Assembly (NCBI GenBank): GCA_965645245.1
Contig: OZ287069.1
Coordinates: forward strand, 434,001 to 498,000
DNA length: 64,000 bases
DNA from: Massalongia carnosa
Lineage: Eukaryota
Direction of reading: 5' to 3'
Positions within the stretch are counted from its first letter, which is position 1, and each line of letters opens with the position of its first letter. The position numbers were made by a program, and so were the translations under genes. Positions 1-13,229 of this stretch are shown piece by piece. A model generated the notes under the pieces. It did not search any database. It was given only the letters and a program-made list of their open reading frames with translations, and was not told the DNA's origin.

Positions 1-6
1 ATAATG

Positions 7-1938
7 TTAGTGAGCTAGTCGGCTGGCTTCATGCCGACGAATCCTCAGGCCAATGGTACGCAGAACTTCATAATTAGCATTGATTTGCTCTGAAGCGACG
101 GCGTCGTTTGGTTCCAATTTTTCCAAGTCAGCTTTAATAGCAGCCTTTGTGTCATGCCACTCTTTATCCATGGACAGTCGTTGCTTTCCCTGGAATGTAG
201 CCGGCGCAATTATCTTACTTGCCTTTACCGGTGCTTTTGAGCACTGAACAAGCTTTGCACGCTTTACACCTTCTGAATGGGAAGAGCTGGAAGTTCGCCG
301 CTTGGCCGGAATGCCATGATATGATGAGCTGGCCGACGAGGGTGTTGGGGAGCTGCTGCCAGTAGAAGATGCTGGGCCAGTATAATCATGAACTCTCTTC
401 ATGTGATCACCTAGGTTCCAACGGCGTGGGAAGCCATTTCCAGGCGTTGAGCGCTCACAGTCCGGAAAATGACAAAGATGAGGTTTTTCGCCATGGCCAT
501 GCATTCCATGGGCTTCTCTTTCGTGGCGCAACAGACACGCAGTAGAAGAGAAGGGAACTTCAACACAAGAAGGAACCTTGCAACGATATGGCTTGAGGTG
601 AGAATCCAGATGCTTGCTGGAAGATTTGGTTAGTATTTTCAAGGATAGGAAAATGACTGGAAATCTTACTCATAATTGCATTTCAGCTTCTGGGGCTTAT
701 GGGTGCAATCCTCTGAAATTGCAAACGGACAATGATAAAGATTATCTTTCCCAGGCCCAACTTGGTAAAGTGCGTTTTCCCGAGCGGTGGTAGTTTCTCC
801 TTCGCTTGACCTTCTTTGGACCGGAAATGTGGATGCCATGCACACTTGGCCTGGAAATTCACCCTGGGGCCATGAATCCATATTCGAAAGCACTGGGCGC
901 TGGGGTAACCCTATAGGCTTCAAAGTACTGCATATTTCGTCAGATCAAGCAAGCATATCACTATTGCTGAACAAACCTAATATCTGTGCTACCTTCTGTG
1001 TAAACCGTAGGTGGGAATTCCATAGCATCACCAATACTGAAGTGTTGGTACACCCCTCCCTCTTCCTCATAGGTTCCTCGTTGTGTAGCATGCCAAGTAT
1101 CTTCCTGAAGAGCTGGTGACATAGGTGCATTTGGCAATGCTACTAGGGTACTGCTTTGGGACAAAGAAGAAGATACAGAAGGGTCAACAGCTAGCAAAGG
1201 AGACCAGGCCGCAGGTTGAGAACCACATGGAATAGCCGCGCTCAGTATTTCATCACCTGCCTGGAACGGCGCTGCTGACCATGTTGAGCAAAGTCCAGAT
1301 TCATCGGCGACGCAAGCAGCATGAACGGTTGCGGAGCTAGAAAACAGTGAATCACCATTCAAAGGTACCTGGTATGGCCATAGATCATGAGAGTACTGTT
1401 CTCTTAGAAAACTCATGTTGCCATCAAAGTCAAGGCCTTGGGAGAAATCCAGACTTGAGTCTAGTCTTGCAGCAGCATTGGCTGTACACGTATCATCATA
1501 AGTCATCATTGATCCATGGGCTCCGGAAATCTGGGTAGAATGCTGCAAAGAAAGATGAGAAACAGCAGAACGCGAAAGAGAAAAGGATCCGGATATTTCT
1601 GGCTCCACACAGGGTAGCGACGGGTCAAATCCATTACTTACACCAGACTGATCAGGAGGTGTAGAGTGCAGAAAAGCATCTGATCCAGATGTGCTGTTAG
1701 CAACCCATTGTTCGACCTTGGCCGGATTGAAGAACGTTCTGTGCTCCGAACTATGATCCCGATTTGGCACAATAGAGCTGTTCCGGAGTGGACAATATTC
1801 ATTCGGGTAACTTTCATGGGGAATCACAAGAGAATCTTGCTCCATCGGATGATTCAAAGGCTTTAGAACTTGCGTCGAAGGGGTCTTCTCACGGACACAA
1901 CTCCCAGAAGGCGAACTATTCTTCCTACGGATAGCCAT
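7..1938 (-). CDS. C2H2 zinc-finger transcription factor (3 exons: 1938-977, 927-670, 616-7)
   Basis: ORFs 961..1938, 666..923 and 7..642 join in frame through GT-AG introns 928-976 and 617-669. C-terminal fingers: CPFAISEDC...KHLDSH, CKVPSC...HEREAH, CHFPDC...HMKRVH. Confidence 0.85.
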
Positions 1939-4900
1939 GCTAGATGTATTTGTTTTGGCTGAGGTTGAAGATGAATTGGTTTTGCAGTGGCTAAATCCAA
2001 TAATTAGTTTATGAAGTAGGGCAACGAAGGCGAAGAACAGCAGTGAGGTAGATGAAGCGAATGCGCAGAGGGTATGAACATAAAATGTATTGAAAGTACT
2101 GTCTCAGATTAGCATATGCGGTAAAGGATCGATTACGTCCAGGCACAAACCGAGCAACAAAAGGCCGCGACAATAATCAAAAAGGTCTAAGTCACGGCCA
2201 CCAGGTCCCCAAAAGAGAAGACATTCCAAATCGTAGTCCAACGGCAGAAGATCCGGGCTCCGTGGAAAGGAATATTTCAGTTCTACAGCCAAGAGACGAA
2301 ACGGCTAGATTAGATGCCCTCTAGGACATTCGAATAAGTTAGTGGTTTGGCAAGATGATCCAAAGATTGCAACGTCAACAATGGACTACATACAAGGTCA
2401 TTGTCAAAGAACTCGATTTAGAGTTCAAATCGTAGGCAGGCTCAGCGACCTAGATATGATGTCCCGGTTAAGCTTAAACTATACAGATTGCCGAGAAAGT
2501 CTCTAGCTCAGCCGTGAACAAGTTGTTGAAGTCGAGGAATCTCCGAGAGCATAGACGGAAGATCCGGTCTCAGCTGTAGAAACCAGGTTGTGAACAAGAA
2601 ATGGGAAATTTCAGTCCACATCGGAAGGAATCTATCCGTGGATATAACCAAGGCGGCTTGCGGTCGAATACACTCCCCGAAGTCCATCCAGACGGTGAAT
2701 GATAGATCCTCTAACATGGTCACGAATTGAACGTGAAAATTATTTATTCGCAATCGGTACCAAACAAGTGTCAATGAAGACAACATGCTTTTCCCGCGCA
2801 ATTTGCCCCAACCAAGACAGCGGTTGCCGGTCTGGCGTAGAGCTTGTCCGAGTGATGAGTCTCTAGCATCCAGATCATAAACCGCGAGACGCATCGCTCA
2901 ATCCAGAAAAGAACGGAGGAACTCTAGAATATGTGCCGATGGCGAGTGTGCAGATCCTATTTCTTCATGGTCCAAATCCTGAAAGAACAAATTACAGTCC
3001 AAGAATGGAGCCTGGGAGGTGTCCCGGTGTTCCTCGAGGCATGGGGCGATAAATAAAATAAAAGCATAAGATAACGACAACGAATAACAGGTCAGGTCCG
3101 GACAGTAAAGAAAGCCGAATGGCTCGCAGCAAAGAATAAAAAGTAATACCTCATTGTAGGGTCCTGTATCTTAAGCGGATGCTCAGTGTTTCTTGAGGCT
3201 GTATGCGGAGTGCAGTGACACGCTTTGTGACAATCGGGCCAGCAGCAAATTTGGGAAATCTTAAAGTAGACGGTACGTAAGGTCCAGGCGTTATATCAAA
3301 CCTACTGTGAACGGTTGATGTTTATTGCGAGGTAGCGAGTTAAAGACGATGGGTGAGGGACGGTGCATGTATACAGCAATAAGTATAACAAAACAGATTG
3401 AGGATACTATGAGGATTTAGAAGGGGATGGGGAGGGCACAGCTTAAGTCCAAGTGGACAACACATCGGGGTGGGGGATTGGAATTGAGAGCAGGTTTTCG
3501 GCCGACGAGTTATCTGCATGGTTTAATTAGAGTATGATGCAACTTGAGAGCATGGTGTGTATGTGAATGGCTACTCGATGGTCACTCGATGTTGTTGCTG
3601 CAGTCTTTACTGCACGATGAAAGATTTTGGCACATTGCTATCGCCCATTCGGGAAGACGACTGACGTGTCAATCCTGCCGGGAACAACAATCAGACCAGT
3701 CAGCGGCACAAGGCGTGGCGAGTGTGAGACAAACCTCACTAAAAACTCATGCTCGCAATTATGACTAGGTACTCAGCCAAGTTGTGCAACTTGAATCGAA
3801 GTGCTCCAAACGGCTTCGAAAGGCCTGCATCCCAAAGCTGAAAAGCAATCGATAGGCTATGAGCAAAAGTTTTGGCAAGAAGGTGCCCCTCCTTCCTGGC
3901 GCCTAGTGCCAACGCGCCATGTCAAGATAGTTTAACCAGTACATGAGAAGATAGCAACGAGGCTAGAGAATGAGGCAGTAAATTAATATTCTATGAAACC
4001 ACAGGGCCGTTATGGGAAGAATTGTTTGATCACCAAAACAGAGAGATTACCGAGAAATCTCGACTCTTTGTCGCCTCTCAATTATGGCGGGAAAACAAAC
4101 GCTTCTGTCCAAAGTACGCACTTCTCTCTTACCTTTTTGCCGTCATGTTTTATAGTCTCTAGGAGTTGCGGGATTACTCTGCCAAAATTCTCTGGCGTCG
4201 GAGGAAATGTGGGGGTTAAGCATCTTTCAAGCTCACATCAAGACGTGATATGACTGCAGATGCTCCCTTCGCATGAGGCGTCTGTCAAAGTCGACCATCA
4301 CTAGCAATGGCTTGGACAGTGTGAAGCAATGACTTATACTTTGTATTCCCACACTCTCCGCGCCAGTTGATTCGACATTAAAATGTGCAAGGCTGTCGCA
4401 GGGCTAGCGGCGAACTTGAGAATAGGTTGACCTCGATCCATACATATCCTTGAGATAACACGATGAGTGGGGTGGCAGTACGCTTTCCTAACCGGCCCTT
4501 GACTCCTCGTATTCTGCCAAGGTAGTCGTTAGCAAAGCCTTGATGCGTAATGCAGACCAAACTAGAATAGGGAAGTTCAATCCTTCAGATAGGAGTGAAA
4601 GATGATTACATTTTCTTCGTTCAGTTGGCCTGAAGACCATCAGATGAACTATGCATTGGGTGATATCATCATGGGATTGAGATTAAGGAAGCTGGTCGGT
4701 CGCATGAGATGAGAAAGGCTCGCACTTACGTTTGATGAATTCCTTGCTGTAAACCACAATTAACTGGCCCAGTCAATTACTTATATGTAAAGTAAGCCTT
4801 AGTCCAAACATAATAACTGCTCTATACCTCTTCTTAGCCTTAGGTTAAGTAGCGGTGTGATAATAGCAGATGCTAAGGGAGTTGTTCTTGGGGCAGTATC

Positions 4901-5324
4901 TCTGGATCGATAGGTCATAGATCTAAAGCACACATTGCGAAGATGTGGAGTGGAGGTCCAAGAAAAAGCAGGAAAGACCTGATGAAGAGAATATAGAGAA
5001 TGAAAGTATTCAATATGCATTAACAGGAATTTTGCATCTGGAAAACACCTTTAACATGTAATCTACCACAATGGCACCTGTAGAAGCTGTCACAAGAAGT
5101 TTGGTGATATACGTCTTTGTACTGTAATTATATGTTCCGCACATTCGTAGGCGATATGCTGATACAAGGAGCAGATCGAAGCAGAGAATTCTGAAGCCTG
5201 TGCGCAATGCGGCCTCAGCCCTACCCGTCTCGGCTCAAGCCGCGATAATGCGAATGTCTTCAAAGTTGCGCATTGCGCCGGGGTTTTGATGTCGGTATAG
5301 ATCACTCACATTTCGAACCCCATT

Positions 5325-6271
5325 ATGGCGCAAAATATATCCCCAAAGATAAAACCAGGCGAACTTCTAGCTATTGACTTACGCCGCGCATTATCCCGCC
5401 TGGAGCATAAGATTCTCTCCTCTCCCCCCAACTCCCGCCTACAGCGCTCCAGCCATGAACGGACCAAAACGGCCGCTGTGAGCGCCTCCTCCTCCATCTA
5501 CCTCCTCCCTTTCTCCTCCGCATTTCCCTACTTCTTGCACTCAAAACGCTAAACCCTCCCTGGTCTAAATAGAACCTTGAATACGCCCGTGGTCTCCTCC
5601 TTCGGCTCGAGCAAGAATCCACCTCCATCAAGATTCAATCCCGAAAACAAGCCGCCCAAAGCACCCTCCTCCACCAACGTGCCCTTCTCAAACGCATGAC
5701 CAGCCGTCTACATGAGCTCGATGAGCTCGACACCTCAGACGATGATTCCGCCTCTTCTTCATCCGAAGATCTCCTGGCGGCTTATACTAGCACTACCAAA
5801 GCCAAACCGCCGCCCACTGCCGCAGCTCCTCAATCGCCCGTCCTCGATCGTCGCAAAGAAACGTCACCCCACTCCACCCTCCGTAACCGCCACCCCTCAG
5901 CCCACCCAGCGCAACCCCCCACTCCTTTCTCCACCACCACCACCACCAGCATCCCTCCACTCCTCGAATCCTCCTCCCAAACCCAAGCAGCCCTCACCTC
6001 CTCCCTCCTCACTCTCGCCACCGCCCTCAAAGACTCGTCTCTCGCCATCTCGTCCTCCCTCGCCCAGGACGCCGAAGCCCTATCCCGCGCCACCGACGGC
6101 CTCGATCGGAACGCGACGGGCATGCAAGCAGCGGGACAACGCATGGGCTTGCTGAAACGAATGACGGAGGGGAAGGGATGGTGGGGACGGATGATGTTAT
6201 ATGCATGGATCGCGGGCTTGTGGGTGCTGGCGCTGGCGCTGGTGTTTGTGGGACCGAAGTTGAGATTTTGA
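5325..6271 (+). CDS. USE1: Use1-like ER SNARE (vesicle transport protein), 2 exons (5325-5477, 5573-6271)
   Basis: Intron 5478-5572 (GTGAGC...GCTAAA...TAG) joins ORF 5325 to the frame of ORF 5696 (NLEYARGLLLRLEQE). Coiled-coil SNARE region followed by C-terminal TM anchor KGWWGRMMLYAWIAGLWVLALALVFVGPKLRF, typical of fungal Use1. Confidence 0.75.
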
Positions 6272-6656
6272 AGGCGTGGGGGCTCGCACAGAACTAATAA
6301 TTGGTAAACTTCTTCTCATCCACTGACAGTCTCTTGTATCTACCACCGCCCTGCCATTACTTCCTTCCCCGGCCCCCCTCTAACTCCCGAAACTGCCTCA
6401 TCCCCCCCACCCCAAAAAAAAAATCCCAGCGAAGGCATACAGAATACGCGATTCCCTCCTTCCTCTCTGCCAAAATTCCATCTAATTCCACTCGGCTCCA
6501 ACTCCAGCTCCAGCCTTGATCACATTTCATCGCCTTACGTCTATACATTTTCGTTCCCCCTTTTTCCCCTCGCCTCCTGCGGGAGCTACTTTAATCCTCG
6601 CCTCGCCTCTCCTCTTCTTTTTTTTAAGTTTATTTTAGGGGGGCTGTCCAGGAGTC

Positions 6657-6683
6657 AAGCTAAGCTAAGCTAAGCTAAGCTAA
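6657..6683. repeat. (AAGCT)n pentanucleotide microsatellite
   Basis: aagctaagctaagctaagctaagctaa, about 5 units. Confidence 0.8.
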
Positions 6684-6920
6684 TATCAATTCATCTCTAA
6701 TCTCTCATCTATTATTTTACATTATGGTACAGTATGCTTGCTATTTAGTTGGTTTTCTACTTTATGTATTTATATGTATGTATGTATGTGTATCTTTCTG
6801 GAATAAGAAGAAGGGGAACTTGCATAAGGGGAGAAACTGGAAAAGGGGAAAGAGGGAATGAGAATGGGAATTGGAAATCGTGGTCTGGGCTGGAGTGGGT
6901 GAATCGATGTGATGGAATGG

Positions 6921-6945
6921 GATAGGATAGGATAGGATAGGATAG
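6921..6945. repeat. (GATAG)n microsatellite
   Basis: gataggataggataggataggatag. Confidence 0.8.
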
Positions 6946-8448
6946 ATAGATTGATGGAAGGACGTTGGATTTTTGCAAAAGGAGGGAAAGGGAGAAAAAC
7001 GAAAGAGAAAGGGGAGCGGGGGAAGTTTGATGCTTGAGCGAACTCCAGCTGACAGAAAGGGGGGGAATTGTTGAAGTAATGTGTATAACTAGTTGAAAAA
7101 TGAAAAAAAAAACATGGGTAAGGATTATGAGCAATGATGATGGGAAAAAGCTCAGGGATTAACTACTCCGGTGGGGATGGGTGGGGGGAGGGGAGGCGGG
7201 CAGGAATCATATATAAATACATACAATCGGCGGGTTTGTAGCCAGCCCCAAAATCCCCCCAAGGCCCCGGTTTCCAGGCTCGAGAAAACGCTCCGAGTAT
7301 GTATACGTAAGGAAAGAATTCCTTTTCCCCCCTTCTTTTTTTTGGCATCCAGGTCTAAGTGTTTTTTCCCCCAACTTCTCCTCCTCCCCTTGCATCCCCA
7401 AAGGATCAGTTATCTCACAATGCCCATAACCATCCGTTGCCATTTCCCATCCTCACATCCTTACATCCAGTCTTCTTTACCCATCTTCCTACTACCTCCT
7501 CGTCTTTCCGTTTCCCCACATTTCCAACCCAATTTTACCTCAAACGAGATAACAACGCCAAACAAACCGAAAATCGGGTTGGCCCTTTTCGGTAAACCGG
7601 GGCAAAGAAAGGGCTTAATTGAAGGAAAGGAAAATGAGAAATAGCCGCTGGATTATCTGCGTTTCCCCTCACGACGTCGGAAGAAGAACGAAAAGATAAA
7701 TAACCGTTTTGCAAGATAGGGTCTCCATGTGGGAAAACGGGTAGCAATCTGAAAGGTCTCGAGATAATAAAACCCTGTAACTAAAAAATTCCGGTGGACG
7801 AAGCTGTTCCTTACATAGGGCTACACATAGAACCACCCTCGACATCCTTTCGAATGGAAGCTCCCCCGACCATCCGTGTTGCTCGAGCCCTTCGTCGGAA
7901 CTCTACCCTTTCGAGGAAGAAAAGAGCGCACAACACGAGTGCTGTAAAGAAAATACAAGATGAGACGAGAAAGGCGTTCGGTTGGCAAAAACACTATCTT
8001 CATAGAGCTGCCACAAAAACCCCCCACCCCCCGACCCCCCCCCATTCTTTCCATATTAAACCTGATGTTTTTTCCCAACACGTTGCATTCCGATCCATGT
8101 GCAGAAGACTTCGACCGCCTGCGCCACCCCTACCACTGCCGCTAATCCCGAGGACCCTTGGTTCCGCCAGCAATTCGTTTTTGAAAGAGACTCCCGGAAG
8201 CAGTGTAAGAAAGAAAAGAGTAGCCGGTGACGGAACCAATGTGAACGGTGTAATTGTGATGGCGGTCCGATGCGCTGGGTACGAATATTCGGTACAGACA
8301 GGGATGGGGAACCCGAAAGCATCGCCGTGGCTAACGCCGGATGGTGCGGATGACAAAAGAGTTTGGTTTCGTAGGGTCGACCGCGATTTTTTACAAAAAA
8401 CCTCCACTCAGTTCAGCTTTCTTTCTCCAACCAATTCGGGGATCGGAT

Positions 8449-9802
8449 CTATAACAGACCGCAGTCACGGAGGTTCTCCTGAATTATAATATCTAAACTC
8501 ATGGATTAGCCGCTTGCACGTTGTCGATGTCAGAGAGAGAAGATACGAACCGTTCACGGCAGCCATGACGAACCGAATTTGCGTGGTGTCGGTAGCACAC
8601 GTGAAATGGGTGTAGATCTGCTTGGTCTCGTGCTGATTCAAAGAAACGAAGCGGTTCAGAATGTAGTCGCATGCGGCGGCATAATCAGGTCCACCTTCAG
8701 CAACATTAGACTTTTGGTGTTCCCTTCCGTTGGATCCATTTTGGTTGAGCTTGCCTTCATAGTCCGGGAAGTAGTTCTTCATCGGGCTCACCGGTAGCTT
8801 TTCCTTGAACCTGTCGATCTTGTTCAGGAACAGGATGATGGACGTCTTGACAAACCACCGCGAGTTGCAAATGGAGTCGAACAGCGTGAGGGCCTCTTGC
8901 ATCCGATTCACCGTCTCATCTTCGAAGAGCAGTTGATCGTACTCGGAGATGGCCACCAGGAAGAGGATGGTGGTGACGTTCTCGAAGCAGTGGATCCACT
9001 TCTTTCGTTCGGATCGCTGCCCACCCACGTCGAACATGCGGTAAGTAAGCTCCCCAATGATGAAGGTCGTCTCGGTGATTCCGGTCGTCTTGACTCGAGA
9101 TCGTAGTACATCCTGATCGTTGGGCAGGTAATCAGGTTGTGCGATTCTTCCGATGGAGTCAAAGTAACTAGGGAAGAGTTAGCGTTGGAGATGTTGAAAC
9201 GCAATGCTCTTGTGTAGGGATTCCAAACACCCCAAGGCGAGACAGCTGGTGTGGAGTGGTGCTAACCGCGGAGATGGCATGGGCAACTTACTATCGGGCT
9301 GAGTCGTTGAGCTGGTATTCCCGTGAGCGTTTGAAACATTCCTGCACTCCAGCGTCTTTCCATAGAGCATCGATTGCGCCACCAACCTCTGGCGGTAAAC
9401 TCTCGCCTTCTATCTGCGCGGGTTGCATGAAGATGGTTTGAACGTGATATTCGGTCCGTTGATCGTCCAAAGGGAGCTCCAACGACTCCATGGCTTCAAG
9501 AATCACGCGCATTGACTGGACGGTATTGCTGTATATGATTTCCTTGAACGATTCTCGCTCATCACGGGAATAGCTGCCTTCGTGAATGAGTTTCATCTGC
9601 TTCAATATGGTCGACTTTCCCGACTCTCCGGCTCCTAGATGGCGATTAGCCGTGTGCTTGGTCGTGTCGCGCAGACCATCGTACCAAGCAGCAGCATCTT
9701 GATCTCATTGCGCTGTGATAGTTTATCGCGTTTCAATTGATTCTCAATCTCTTCGTTCCTCTGCTTCCCCTCCTTCTCCTCCGTACTCATACCACAACCC
9801 AT
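8449..9802 (-). CDS. fadA: Heterotrimeric G-protein alpha subunit, fungal group I (FadA/GNA-1/CPG-1 type), 5 exons
   Basis: [28 protein letters not shown]-terminus (myristoylation/palmitoylation site), GAGESGKS P-loop, [16 protein letters not shown] and TCATDT motifs. The last exon reads [14 protein letters not shown] with TAG at 8449-8451. Confidence 0.95.
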
Positions 9803-10142
9803 CGTGATGGTTGATGACCGAGTCCGCAGTCCGCGTCGGCAGGACAAGGCTGAATTCGCAGCGTCACGATCCGATTGTGTTTGGGATCCTGCCGTTGCCG
9901 TAGCCTTTCAGTCAGTATGTTCAAGCCCCGATGATAAAAGAAGACGAGTTCGGCTGGTTCTAGATGCCATGTAAAGGAGCTGCAACTAGTGCGTACGAGC
10001 AACATAGGGTGCATAAGTCACATAACCACACTGCAGGTGTCGCAGTGATGAACGGGGGTTGGTACCGGAACATTGCGCAAGGGTCAGCTTACCACGAATG
10101 ATCCGCCACGTACTCTTGGATTCGTTTTTGGTATTTGGCGAT

Positions 10143-10166
10143 GGGGGGGGGGGGGGGGGGGGGGGG
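10143..10166. repeat. Poly-G tract (24 nt) upstream of the G-alpha gene
   Basis: Uninterrupted G run. Confidence 0.9.
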
Positions 10167-10587
10167 AGGGGGGTTGTTTGGATGGTGAGTATGTTACAAT
10201 CCGACGTGCTCAAACGATGGATGGTTGATGAACGGGATCAAGGTTTGGCGTACCGCCAGTTCAGAAAGAAGGAGTGGGTAGGGGGGGTGGGTGCACTCGG
10301 GAACTTTTTTGACACTTGGACTTTGGAGAGGACGGAGCTAGCGGGACGATCCAGGATGGCGGGCCAGCAACTTTTCGTATCGCAAAAGTGAAACACCGGA
10401 GAGTTGAATGGAATTGGAGGGGTGTGTTGTTTGGTGAGTGAATCCTTTGATGAGAAGGGAAGGCAAGTGAAGGGATGAACAGACGAGGGAATTTGGTTGG
10501 GAAAGAGTACGGAGTACGGGAGTAGAGAGATGATGAAGTCGGAAAGACGTGGAAGACCGTTTTACGAGAACCCAAGAGCATGAACCT

Positions 10588-10676
10588 TAGGGTACCTAGG
10601 GATCTAGGGATCGAGGGATCTAGGGATTTAGGGATTTAGGGATTTGGGGATTTGGGGATTTGGGGATTTGGGGATC
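10588..10676. repeat. 8-bp G-rich minisatellite (TAGGGATC / TAGGGATT / TGGGGATT), about 11 units
   Basis: Tandem units whose sequence drifts progressively along the array. Confidence 0.85.
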
Positions 10677-12227
10677 TATCTTTGTATGAGACATGAAAGT
10701 TCAGATGTGAAGTGAGAGAGAAGGAGACTTTCAGGCTCAAGAAGCGAGCCTTTTTTTTTTCCCCTTCCAATAATCCCCAATCTGTTATTTTCGCCCCTTT
10801 CTAGTTCTAGATTCAGGAGAAGCTGAAGGAACAAAGGCGCGGTATGATTGGGTCCGTAATCAAAAGTCAACGGGACTAGCGGAGACCTGGAACCTTGCTT
10901 AGAGCGAAAGATGAGAGGATGAGAGGATGAATATAGACTAGCCCGGTGGAGAGAGCGATTCCCTTTTGCCCTAAGGCACCTCAACCCATTAGCATCGAGG
11001 GCTAAACAGGGCGACAGGGCACTGGCACTGGTGGCACTGGCACAGGCACTGGCACATTTTAAGAGGCGGGGTGTTTGTTTCGCTTAATACCTGATCGCGA
11101 TGGCCACGATGGCCGCGATGGTGATGGCGATGAAGAAAACAAAATGGGAGAGGGGATGGAACACGGTACCTAGGAACTACGAATGCAATGGGATTCTGAG
11201 AATAAATAGATAAACATGGCACGCACCTCCCCATTGTTCCTTTTCTCCTTCTTCTTCTTCTTCTTCACCTTCTTCTTCACCCCTCCACAACGAGGCACAT
11301 AGGATTCGAAGGAGCAATGGGATCATGTGAGCAAAGATGCAATTATTCATCGATGCTCTCGAGTCAATGGGTATGGTCACAGCGAACGCATGTTGTTCTT
11401 TAACTTTTGCGTTCGATAGGGGGCCACCGCTCAACCCCGTGCACGTACAGAGTATGTACCTTCGGTGTACTCTGTACAATGCGCCATCCATGTCTTTGGG
11501 CCTGAATCCGAATCACTTCCACACCACTCCGTGCGCTGTAGATGCCTCATGATTCAGTTCCACACCGACATGCCATTAGTTACTCTGTACCTCGGTGTAC
11601 CTACTACGCTGTCTCTGCCACAACTCACAAAAGTAACCAACCCCCACCCCCCCTTTTCCCTCCCTTTCTCCTCTCCTGCGGCTCGGCAAGGCCCCCAAGC
11701 TCATGTCTGTCTGGCCATCTGTCTGGCTGACGCACAATTGGACAAGAAAATGACGGGGTCCAAATTCCGAACCCCCTCAATGGTCTGCAGTGCAATTGGC
11801 GTCGTCGGTCGTTAGGCAGCATATCTGAAACTCTGTAGCTGTCCCTTTTGCTCTCAACGTGCATTAAACGAGGTTGAGGGATTAGAACCAGGCAAAGCAA
11901 CGCAAAAGTCGTTCCACCTCGTCACGTCTGGATTTTAAGTAATGTGATGATCAAACCGCTTCTGTTCTCGCCTCTCAAGAAGAGGATGATGCTTTACTTA
12001 TCGACGTCGGCGGCTGGATGAAGAGTCGAGGAAAATCAATGCAAATTAATCCTAACCTCCCCCATAGTTAGCGCATCTTCGAGCGCCACCCCCCCCCCCC
12101 CCCAAATCGATCCGTCCGGTAGCGTTCCTGCAATGCCTCCTCCAATGATTGACGTCGTAGTTCGCTTGGGTACATCACGGGCCCTGGAATCTGTAGAAAT
12201 ATCGTCAGAACTCGAAACAGCATCGTC

Positions 12228-13229
12228 ATGTCGTTTCCCACCACCCAGCGGACCCAGCTTGGCGGGCATGGTACCTCTCTTCGCGCTTGCGTCCGCTTCA
12301 TCGTCAAAGAGGCTAACCTCGATCCATAGCCTTTAACCACAACCAAAGCAGCAATGCCGAAGCAGAATACGATCGCTTGCGAGGTCTGGCAAGGCAGGAA
12401 CAAGCCAAGAAGTCTTCGTGTCTCGATCGCGTAAGCGAAACCTCTGCACTCTTTGACTTTCCTGATGCTTCACAACCATTGATGCTGATGCTCCGGCTTC
12501 CACCTGCTAGGCGCACCAAGCCTACGAACGCCGGGATGGCGCCGCCGCCCACGAGCTTTCCGAAGAAGGAAAACGACATGGCGCGCTGATGGAGCAATAC
12601 AACAAACAAGCATCCGACTACATCTTCCGGGAAAACAACGCCGTGGGCCGCGTGGACGGGGATACTATCGACCTACATGGGCAATTCGTCCAGGAGGCCG
12701 AGGACATCCTAGAGCAGCGGATCCGATACGCGCAGTCAACAGGGCAAACGCATCTCCACGTGTAAGTTCCCTTGATGTGTTTCTGTCTTGGGACGCCATC
12801 GCCCCCGGAGGGGAAAATATATGAAAAGAAAACCCCCCCCCCCCGGCTGAAATCCAACTTCACAGCATCGTCGGCAGAGGCAATCACTCCGCAGACCACA
12901 TCCAAAAGATCAAACCGCGGGTCGAGCAAGTCTGCCAGCAGTTGGGTCTGCAGTACTCTACCGAGCAGAACGCCGGCCGCATGTACATCAACCTGACCGG
13001 CGGCGCTGCGCCTATGCCACCGCAATTTACCTACAACAATGGCGGAGGGTACGCGCAGCATTATGGGAATCAGCAGCAGCATCAACATCAGCAGGGCGGC
13101 TATCCGGGCCAGCAGCAGCCCCAGCAGCAGAACAATAACAACAACCAAAACGCCGAGATAGAAGCCGTGGTGAAGAAACTTCTCCCGCGCATCATCCGGA
13201 AGCTGGAAGGCTGCTGCGTCGTCATGTAA
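12228..13229 (+). CDS. Smr (small MutS-related) domain protein, DUF1771+Smr type, with Q/N-rich tail and C-terminal CCVVM
   Basis: Spliced reading MSFPTTQRTQLGGH|AFNHNQS...EYDRLRGLAR...|AHQAYERRDGAAAHELSEEGK...TIDLHGQFVQEAEDILEQRI...HLHV|IVGRGNHS...NAGRMYINL. IDLHG and IVGRGNHS are Smr motifs. Confidence 0.8.

Noticed and set aside
7163..8489. ORFs of 157-231 aa between USE1 and the G-alpha gene
   Set aside because: Low-complexity, homopolymer-rich sequence with no recognisable domain; likely UTR or intergenic.
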